DNA from: Mobula hypostoma | Taxonomy: Eukaryota | Reading direction: 5' to 3' | NCBI RefSeq assembly: GCF_963921235.1 | Contig: NC_086097.1 | Coordinates: forward strand, 223,078,001-223,142,000 | DNA: 64,000 nucleotides | Shown: positions 63,002-64,000 of the stretch, in pieces | Numbering within the stretch: position 1 is the first letter of the stretch | Layout: each line of letters starts with the position of its first letter | Made by a program: the position numbers and the translations under genes | The notes under the pieces: model-generated | What the model was told of the DNA's origin: nothing | Database searches by the model: none | What the model saw: only the letters and a program-made list of their open reading frames with translations

Positions 63002-64000
63002 GTTTATAGGACTGCTTGATGTCTGACTCAGCATGTTCTGAAGGGATCCATACTGGGACCTCTTCTTTGTGTACTGCTATTTTATGTTAATGTCTTCAAT
63101 GAAGACAATTTGCTTTTTGGTTCAAGCTTGCCAACTTGTAAGCATTTCTACTAGAGTAGCTATCCTGCAAGTGTACTTTGTTAACTGGAAATGCTTTAGA
63201 GGATCCAGAGATCTTTAAAGTAGTCATGTAAATATAATTGCCGTATATCTAAGGTGTACGTAAACATTCTTCAAGTTAGCTGTATGGTAGATTAGTTTAC
63301 ACTTTGGCAGGTAGTATATGTAGATCCATCTTTCTTGTTCCAAACATTCTCACGTGGGGTGTTTCTTTGCACTCCCATGGCCTAAATCCACAAAGTAAGC
63401 TAAAGCTAGCAATTTCGTAAATTGTTCTAATTGAAGTTCTTTATTGATAAGTTGTGCTGGGCTTTTTATGGGCAAATTTTGTTTAATCATTCACTGGTCC
63501 ATTTAATCCATTCTTAAAACTGCAAGTATAATTTAGAAGATAGTTAATAGGATCAGATCTTAGTTGATGTATGCAAATTATTACATTTTTGTGATTCATG
63601 AGTCTTAAGGTGAATCTAATTGCATATCTCTTTCAAAATATAACATTTAATGTTATTGGCTTAGGCTCAATATAGAAAATGGCAAAAGCCTGTTGCTTGC
63701 CATGTAAGTGAAATGCACAAAAGTTGGATAGTTATTTGAGGAGCAGGTGAAGATAATTGACCCTCTGTCACTGCCCTGAACTCCTACAGTAATTTCCTGG
63801 GGTTGAAATTAGTTCTAGCAGTCGTGATCATCCTTTGAGCCCTGCCAGTGGAATATCTGCTCTGATTCCAATTAACATTTTTGATAGCTAAGTCTCCATT
63901 GCCACATCATGCTCTCCTATGGTTAATTGTATCTGAAGGAAAAAGTAGAATCTTACCAATTAGATGATCAATCAAAGTTTATAGTACAATCATTGATACA

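Noticed and set aside
47347..64000. Next RDH10 exon (TTKAFLP...STAGVE)
   Set aside because: No matching frame was found by eye. The look-alike near 60650 does not translate to it, so the exon probably lies beyond the window.

Overview
This is eukaryotic vertebrate DNA. The repeat set (CR1/HER1-type LINEs, V-SINE/HE1-like SINEs, Rex-Babar, Penelope fragments) suggests a cartilaginous fish; that assignment is inference. The window holds a complete 7-exon RPL7 gene on the minus strand (start codon 46457, stop 34124-34126, non-coding last exon about 32200-32261, 246 aa). RPL7 is head-to-head with the first coding exon of RDH10 (+, 46897-47346) across a CpG-rich interval of about 440 bp. No further RDH10 exon was found, so the rest of the window appears to be its first intron. 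Most other sequence is nested, mostly decayed transposons: CR1, L1, RTE, Rex-Babar, Penelope, Gypsy, hAT, Tc1/mariner and SINEs. Main observations: (1) a perfect 46-bp tandem duplication gives RPL7 exon 4 a second identical 5' splice site, and using it would frameshift into a premature stop; (2) one RDH10 exon corresponds to human exons 1+2 and lacks the ~25-aa insert; (3) several degenerate Penelope-type minimal hammerhead ribozyme motifs; (4) two composite hAT elements carry different cargo; (5) nested inverted repeat pairs surround the RPL7 3' end, one with a conversion-like tract; (6) an unexplained CpG-rich island with RFX X-boxes at about 20.1-20.7 kb. Repeat boundaries were estimated by eye unless TSDs are given. 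No CRISPR, rRNA or tRNA gene was seen.
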